A DNA stretch of 64,000 nucleotides, taken from positions 2,542,001 to 2,606,000 of the forward strand of contig CM035356.1 of NCBI GenBank assembly GCA_020137815.1. Direction: 5' to 3'. The position numbers and the translations under genes were made by a program. Numbering within the stretch: position 1 is the first letter of the stretch; every line of letters begins with the position of its first letter. The notes below the pieces were generated by a model. That model made no database searches. It was not told the DNA's origin and saw nothing but the letters and a program-made list of their open reading frames with translations. This DNA comes from Hormiphora californensis. Taxonomy: Eukaryota > Animalia > Ctenophora. Positions 55,030 to 64,000 of this stretch are shown here, in pieces.

Positions 55030-55848
55030 TGTGTGTGTGTGTGGGTGTGTGTCATACCGATAATATGCTTTACTTAGAATATGAGAATAGCTTTATATTT
55101 CGATTACATCTAATCTAGGAAACCTATAAACAGAAAAGGAGAGAAGGATAGGAAAAGATCATGAGCTAATAATACATCATTGCACACAGGAAGAGCAAGG
55201 AGAATTCCAGAGAAAGCACTCAGAGATGAATTGTGTGTACTCAATGCTTGTGACGTGTGTACATGTTGTGCAGCTAGACTTCCGGCTAAATGAAGTACAA
55301 TAAGTTTCCATGTGTACTAAGATACTATACTAGATAGAACGAGGATAGAACTTTTTATAAAACTTCTACAGAACACTAATTCTAAACATGGACTGCTTCT
55401 CCAAAGGTCTCTCTCGATGTTCAATATTTATATATGCTGCACATTTCCGATACAACCCAACAATATATTCAAACTGATATATAATATTGGGCAATCATGT
55501 GAATGAGCAAGCCGGCGATAGACAGAGTGAGACAGAGACAAAATGAGAGATACAACTGACAGAGACAGCAAAAGGGATGGTGTCAGCAATTAGAGAGACT
55601 GAGACAGCAAGAGAATATGGCATTGATCGTGAGATCGAGAATATTTTTCCAGAAGAAAATTAATCAAGTAAGAGTTGGTAATTGGCCGAATGAAACAGGT
55701 TTTTCCATAAATATAGAATTAATTATGAACTTGGGGGCCAAGGCCAAAAAAGCCAGGCGATGTAGTGACGACACTCATGTCTTTTAAATTGAGCACAGCA
55801 TCACGTCATGTTGCTCCCTTTCTTTCATGTACACTTTTTCTTTTTCAA

Positions 55849-56207
<359 letters not shown>

Positions 56208-56221
56208 CTAGCACCTAGTTG

Positions 56222-57107
56222 CACAGTCCCACTACACAGTCCCACTACACAGTGCCACTACACAGTGCCACTACACAGTCCCACTACACAGTCCCACTAC
56301 ACAGTGCCACTACACAGTGCCACTACACAGTCCCACTACACAGTCCCACTACACAGTCCCACTACACAGTCCCACTACACAGTGCCACTACACAGTGCCA
56401 CTACACAGTGCCACTACACAGTCCCACTACACAGTCCCACTACACAGTCCCACTACACAGTCCCACTACACAGTCCCACTACACAGTCCCACTACACAGT
56501 CCCACTACACAGTGCCACTACACAGTCCCACTACACAGTGCCACTACACAGTGCCACTACACAGTGCCACTACACAGTCCCACTACACAGTCCCACTACA
56601 CAGTGCCACTACACAGTGCCACTACACAGTCCCACTACACAGTCCCACTACACAGTCCCACTACACAGTGCCACTACACAGTGCCACTACACAGTCCCAC
56701 TACACAGTCCCACTACACAGTCCCACTACACAGTCCCACTACACAGTCCCACTACACAGTCCCACTACACAGTCCCACTACACAGTCCCACTACACAGTG
56801 CCACTACACAGTCCCACTACACAGTCCCACTACACAGTGCCACTACACAGTGCCACTACACAGTCCCACTACACAGTCCCACTACACAGTCCCACTACAC
56901 AGTGCCACTACACAGTGCCACTACACAGTCCCACTACACAGTCCCACTACACAGTCCCACTACACAGTCCCACTACACAGTCCCACTACACAGTCCCACT
57001 ACACAGTCCCACTACACAGTCCCACTACACAGTGCCACTACACAGTCCCACTACACAGTCCCACTACACAGTGCCACTACACAGTGCCACTACACAGTGC
57101 CACTACA
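56222..57107 (+). repeat. 13-bp minisatellite cagt(c/g)ccactaca
   Basis: About 885 bp of uninterrupted 13-mers with one variable position. Confidence 0.97.
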
Positions 57108-59162
57108 CACACAATTATGTAGCTTTGGCCTTTGGTAGCTATGACAACATATGACGGGACAAGCTTCATTTAACGATGTTAAAAAATGTTATTGATGATA
57201 TGTTTTATGCAACTGAAAGCAATATAATGGCATCTAAAGTCGGATTTTAACATGTGATATGTGCGCAAAAGAAACGAGCCCACGAGAATGGGGGACAACT
57301 AAAAAAAATTCGAACATGGGTGTTATAACGAAATAATACAACTGGGTGTGATGTAATATTGTATCTGGTAGTTACAAAAGTGAAATAAATAAAAAATTTC
57401 CGGTTCCTAAGATGGCAATACAAGCTTGTAGTGTGCCAATACACAGGTGACCTAATGTGCAGCATTTAGACAAATATAACTGTCGGTAAAAAACATGAAC
57501 AAAAGCACACTGTGTCTGTGTGGTAGTTGACACACACACTCACACGTGTTTTGCTAACACAAACACTGCAATGACGTCACTTTGTCGTCGTAGATAAAAT
57601 TGTGTTTAGAATCAGACGTGAGACGCACCCTCCCCCATATGATAAAAGTGACTGCGGTGTTGCTCGTAAAAAGAAGATTATAATTTGATGTCTAGCAGCG
57701 ATCCGGCCATTTAAATTCTTCAAGATTGGGGTCTATGTTTTAAATCGGGTTCCGACTGTATAGTGTATGTTAATGTAGCACCAGTCAAAGTAAGGATGCG
57801 GGGAAGAATTAGAGACTGTATACTGGTATAGAACACACCTCAATACAATACAATTTACAAGAACACTCGAGTGAGTCTAGATTAAAATACACGGTAAACA
57901 GGAGGAGCTCTACTAAAAGTGTTGATTGCATGTCAACAAGAGGGGGCACGTGACTTTAGCAAGCTAGGTGGAACCAACAATTACACTTGCTATGTGTAGC
58001 TCATACTGCATTTTATTTAGTAAAATGACATCACAGAGCGAGAGCAGTGCTCTATGAGGGTTCGGCAGATCAACTTATATTCTGTAAGAGCATGTTGGCC
58101 TGATAGTTTATATTGCAGAGTGCAGAGTGGGTTGGAATGCAATATAACTAAAACCTAAACCTAAATTATATGCGTATGACTACATATCGCCAGAATAAAT
58201 CACACGTTGTGTCTTCAGAAAAGCAACGCGTCATCTAACATGATACAAAGAGAAAAAGACACACTGCACACACACACACTGAATGTAGGGCGGGTAAGAA
58301 GAATAGAGAGAGAGAGAAAGCTTTTCTATCAGGTAATAGAATATCACATACACATCATGGGGGCAGCTCACATATATTGGGTAAGCGCCGGAGGGGGACT
58401 GGGGCAGTGAATTTAATTTATGTCAGTGAGAGAGATAGAAAATATGATGACTTGGACATATTAGAGGCGGCTGATAAAAGAAAAGATATGATATGACAAT
58501 TGGGTTGTCAACCTGTCATGAATAAATCAATCAGCCTCTGGTGAGCGTGTGTGTGTTTAGCACCTCCCGTCATTCCTCCCACATGCCTCTCGTGAACTTC
58601 TTAATTTTCATCACCGGCATAATATATTATGATTGGGACACTGGTTTTAGGATAGGGGATAGGGGGAGGGGGTATATGAACCAAAGAAACAAGGGGTTGG
58701 AACTTATAATCGGTATCATGGGTACAAGATCCCCAAATAAGGGCGGTTGTAAGAGTCATCGTCAGGAGATTTGGAAAATCGAGAACCTTGGTGGTGATTA
58801 GAGATCTCCATCGATGGAGGGAGAGGTATAGAGGCAATGCAGAGGGATGGAGATAGTCAGAGATGGAGAGGATCTGGGAGAGAGGGGACCTTGTACCCAT
58901 TATTATAGGGGGAGGGGGTAATGAGACAAATTTAAAGGCGTTTATTTTATTGTTATATTGAAAAGAGAGGAGGAAATATAATATATAGACATTTATAACA
59001 ATGCTTGTTGCTGCCTATATTTACGACGAATTAAATATTATGTATGTGTCAGCGAGAGTCATCAATATACAGCGCTCCATTTCTCTATCTCGTTCTCTAT
59101 CTTTATCTCTCTTACTCTATTTCCCTCTTTCTCTCATTTCTCTCTATTTATCTCTTTCTCTC

Positions 59163-59235
<73 letters not shown>

Positions 59236-59465
59236 TCTTTCTCTATTTCTCTCTCTCTCTTTCTTTCTGTCACGCTCGACATCATTAAACAAAGTTCACA
59301 AACAAAAAAACAACAAATTATACAATATTCTCCATTTCCAACAATCATTTTCTTTTTTTCTCTGTCTCACTCTCACTCTACATATTCCTCATTTTCTCTC
59401 CAATTAGACTATCAATAAAATAAACTCATCGAATATCTCTATATCAGCTCGAGCTCAGCATTCTA

Positions 59466-61770
59466 TCAACCATCTTGGGGGCACACAACCATCCCAACAT
59501 CACCATCACAGCTAGACACAGCTGGAGTTGTGGAATCTCCACCCACTACTGTGGTGGAGGAGTTAGCTGCGGACTCTCCACACGATCCTCCCTCACCCTC
59601 CGTATCCAAGATGAAGATCCCCGTGGCAACGACCTCCACGACACTCAGTTGACCCTCCATCTCAGCAGATATGGGGATCAACCTGTCCCTGGCACGATGT
59701 AGATACACCCAGTGGTCCGATAGCACCAGTCCGGTGGCCGAGTTATCCTGATTAACACACTTCACTATCGTTGGACGGATACTCTCCAGAGAGGCGTTAG
59801 GGTTGACAATAACCATTGAAAGGGGCAGGGCAACGTTTGAGAGTTCAGTGAGATCTCCATGGTGATGTTGAAAGTCCGCACAGGATACTTTGTGGATTGC
59901 AACCTTGATGGGAGTGTTGGAGATATCAGAGGAGGTGGATGATTGGGAGGGGTGTTCTGGTATGGAGGGAGGGTCGACAGTGCTGCTACTCTCTGCGACA
60001 GAGGAGCTATTACCCCTGCCCTCCCTACTCTTCCACCTGATCAACATTTTACACTGGTTCCTCCTGTTCACTTTCATAACACTGGGAACAATATAACACG
60101 GTTCTCCATCAACCTGGCAGTGCATGGCCTTTTTTAACTTTATAACCGCCTTCCGACACTGACATATCCTATACCCGGTTAGTCCTACCTGCATAGCAGC
60201 CATTTTAGGAGCGGAAAACAAACCCACCACCTCGATGTAACCGTCACCCATATGGGCAGGTCTCATGCCACTGGATATGTGAGAGCCCCACGGGTTGGCC
60301 CCACCCGAGTAACTCCGAATGTTTAGAAAGACAATACAATGGATCTTTTGCTCTCGTATCCGGTCGGTAAAATCAACACCGTCACACGTCAGCTCCAGAT
60401 ATTTGGAGAGGTTTTTGTATTTTTGTTCAAAGGTATCGTAGAGGCCACCCTTGAAATAGACAAACTTGTTGTATACTCGGCTGTTGTACTTCTCAGGCTT
60501 TGCCTCTCTCCCCGTGTGAAACTGGTACTGAATATGGGCGTCCAGACCAATACCGAAATAATTGTTAAAAATGTTGATTGGCAGTTTGGTTCCCGCTTGC
60601 TCGGCTGCTACCACAGATAGATCTTGATCAGTGGAACCAGTCGGGGTGGAGGCATTCGGGGTGGAGCCAGTAGGTCCATCATCTAGCATGGGTGAGGTAG
60701 GGGTAAACAGTTCAGTCTCGGTGTTTTCCACGGATATCTCCCATCTATCAAGACACTGAACTGCTGCTTCACTAACCTGCCAGAGTATCTTCTCAATAGG
60801 CTCACCTGCATACGCAGCACCCCAATTAAGCACTCTTGCCAAATCATTGCCAGTGCCCAGGGGCAGTATGGCCACGGGTGGAAGGGTTATAAAGTTCAGT
60901 TTGTCCATTTCAGATAAGACCCACCCCACAGTTCCATCACCCCCACAACACAAGATCCGGAGATTTGGGACGTTTTGGTAGAGCTGCAGGCCCATGGTGG
61001 GTCCACCCTCAGTGAGATCAAATACCTGCCGAGGATTGAGGAACCACTGAAATGTTCGCATCAACATGACCCCTTCATTACCCCCTGATTTGGGGTTAAC
61101 AAATACTATCAGGGGTGTTTTGATTGACTGCCCCGTTGACATTGGTTTGATATGGAAGGGCCTCTTCACCACTGTCTGGTCCTGATGGTGCTCGTGATCC
61201 TTTTTCCGGTGGTGGGTACCCCGTTTAGAGGGCCGGGTTGAGTAACTTATCTTCCGTTTATCAGGTTTCTTGTTACACCGATATACCACCCAGTTAGGTG
61301 GAACCACCACACTCTCAAACTCCCCCAGACTACAGTGATCCTCGATTAGGGTCAGCTGGAAGCAGCTTGTGTGGTAGATATCCTTACACCAGGAACAGTA
61401 GACTGCTAACGAAGGATTTGTTGCTCTTACCGCTGCCCGGTACCCAGCACGATGCCGTCCCCCGGGGTACTGTCTTATTGCACGCCCTACACTTTGTCCC
61501 GAATCCCTTCCGTAACAACACCCAATGATGAGGGGTCCATTGTTCCTTTTTGTGGTTACTCTCCCGGAAGGTAGCTCGACATTTCACGGACAAATCACCC
61601 GTACAGTCGTAGTGAATCACTGTCTTACAAGCGGCACACTTCACCTTCAGCCGCTTATCTCCGCGACTCTTACAATCGTGTTCCGGTGTGATAAGAGCAC
61701 ACATGGCGCCTCCATCGTACTCGTACCAGTAATGTGCTCCGTTTACAACACCCTCGTTCCATTGTGACAT
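59466..61770 (-). CDS. DGKZ: Diacylglycerol kinase, type IV (zeta/iota-like): two C1 domains, basic MARCKS-like segment, catalytic and accessory domains; frame change at ~61406-61430
   Basis: HYW...C..C...H..C and HHWV...C..C...CSWCK..YH..C C1 motifs, VVVPPNW, FVNPKSGGNEG, CGGDGTVGWVL, LPLGTGNDLAR, FNNYFGIG, QVDGEP. Confidence 0.9.
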
Positions 61771-62959
61771 TGGTGTTATGACGGTGTCTTCCCCACCGAG
61801 TGGACTATCACATGGTGTTCAGAGAGGTGGGTCAGGGAGCTGGAGATATATCTGTCTCGGTTTACATTCTAAATAGGGGAAGTGGAGAGGGTGAGTATAA
61901 TTGTACATACGGATAATTAGTAATTACTATTCTATGGATGTATGGTACATCCCAATGCTAATAGAAACGAATCAAAAACTATATATTCCAAAATATAAAA
62001 CTAACAAGAAGGAACGGTTTAGTTCAAAGGAGCAATTTGGGGAAACTATACCATGAGTAGAACACTATAGTACACTACTATTTAGTACACTAGTAGTGTA
62101 GTAGGTGGTCAAGAACGGAGAAAGAATAGGTCTTTCGTCTTTACCGGAGTATTTGTTCAACAAGAATTAAAAAGGAAGAAAGTAGAAAAATACTGGGGTT
62201 GGCCGGAAATTGAACCATGCAGGACCTTCAGAAGCTTTACCAAACACTTCTAAATGATTATTCGTCATAGTCAGACATGACAGACATGACAGACATTATT
62301 ATAATGTGAATTGAACTACAAAGCCACTACATGCAGTGATCATAAGGAGTGTGCAGAGTGATCTGTACAGTAATTTGGAGGAAATACATAACTCATAAGA
62401 CTGGGGTGGAGAGAGCTAGAGAGAGAGAGGGAGAGAGAGAGAGAGAGAGGGGGAGAGAGAGAGAGAGAGAGAAGGCATAAAAAGAAGTATGTGAGTGTGA
62501 GCAAATGAACACGGAGCTCATTCGTCAAGTGAAACAAAGAGGTCAAACACATGCAGGCACTGCTGAACAGTAAAAGTGGCACAATAGGACAGCACTTTCT
62601 TTCTATCTTTCTATCTTTCTCATCTTCTATTTCTCTCTCATTGATAGTGTAGACATTTAAAGGTGGCCTTTCTAGGTCACCCAACGTCATAAAATGTATC
62701 TTATCTCTCTTTCTCGCTCATAAAAATTGGGTAGCTCACACCACTCAATTGAAAATGAAATGAACTAAATTGAGATATATGTATTGAACAAAAGCCGAAG
62801 AAGTTGAAGCAAACAAACTGACGTCTGGAATGGAATTAAGGACGGTCGGAATAATTTGAGTGTGAATATAGAACAAGAGAAAATTTGAAAGAAAGAGATA
62901 TTGTGCGTGAGGGACAGAGAGAGACAGAGAGAGAGAGAGAGAAAGGAAGAGAGAGAGAA

Positions 62960-63022
<63 letters not shown>

Positions 63023-63728
63023 GAAAGAGAGAAAGAAAGAGAGAAAGAAAGAGAGAGAGATAGATAGAGAGAGAGAGAGAGAGAGAAAGGGATGGAGAGA
63101 AAAAACTGGGAGCCGATTGGTATTTCCCATGTGGTGATGACAAAGACAAACACGCACACACACACACACACACACCGACAAACTAAAAGAAAAATCTCTT
63201 ATTAAACAAAAGTAAACAAATTGCTACCGGCCTAACTGTCTAATTAGGGAACACAAATTCTGTCACTCTGGTGACCACCCCCGGAGAGTAATAAAATGTC
63301 TCGCCGCCCTGTCACTGACAGGCCCCGCCACTGCTCAATCTCAAATATATGATTCGCCTGGTATACTAATTTTGTTCTTGAGTACTCCCACAGTCAAATC
63401 CTGGTGTACAACAAATAATGTACCAAAATATATGTACCACCCTCACAAAAAAATCCCTATTACACGCGACATTGTCCACCTGGAGGTACTGTTGCAGCTC
63501 TCCACACATTGCACATATACGACCCCCTACAAAGCGAATTGTTTTGAAAGCAATCTCTCTCCACCCTCTTTCTTTCTCTCCAACTCCCTCTCTTTCTTTC
63601 TCTCCAACTCTCTCTCACCCTCTTTCTCCCTCTCCAACTCTCTCTCACTCTCCCTGGGGCATCGCTCCCGCATGATAGATGCACACTGTGACATCTGATT
63701 GATTGGATAGTCGGATGTGAAACTAAGG

Positions 63729-63772
<44 letters not shown>

Positions 63773-64000
63773 AGAGACACAGAGAGAGACAGAGGGATAG
63801 TGAGATAGTGAAAGAGAAAAAAGGGATAGTGGGAGAGAAAAAAAGAGACAGAAAGAGAGCGAGAATGATAGTAGGAGAGAGAGAGAGAGAGTGGAAGAGA
63901 GAAAGATAGTGGAAGGTACACACCTGAGTAGAAACGAGTGCAAGACTGTAGTTGGAGAAAGTGCCACAACGCTATATTTTGATGACGCACATTTACATTG

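Noticed and set aside
56219-57154. Three long ORFs with HSPTTQSHYTVPL repeats
   Set aside because: Translations of a stop-free 13-bp minisatellite, open in all three frames; no coding evidence.
62340-63990. Multiple ORFs rich in SL/ER/CV dipeptides
   Set aside because: Microsatellite translations.

Overview
Eukaryotic (animal) genomic DNA with GT-AG spliceosomal introns and many non-autonomous DNA transposons. A lineage-typical secreted domain, compact gene spacing and nested genes suggest a ctenophore, but this is inference. Minus-strand run: intronless class I PI3K, then a 15-exon lamin-B-receptor-like gene (hosting an initiator tRNA, a 4.5-kb foldback element with a Helitron inside it, and an antisense secreted-protein gene), a CRE-like retrotransposon relic, a candidate C/D snoRNA, and NEK6/7, whose intron apparently contains an intronless carboxylesterase. 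Plus-strand run: a partial DDX52 duplicate, a MITE nest, intronless DDX52 and, 175 bp later, 14-exon ABCE1, whose 10.8-kb intron 8 carries four intronless same-strand matrix-metalloproteinase genes. The right end holds a mitochondrial carrier and a nearly intronless DGK-zeta-like gene on the minus strand. The most notable systems are (i) same-strand nested gene arrays, (ii) operon-like spacing with unpaired splice acceptors just before start codons, suggesting spliced-leader trans-splicing, (iii) four MITEs stacked at one AT dinucleotide, and (iv) a possible 25-nt micro-intron. Exon models were built by eye; no database searches were run.
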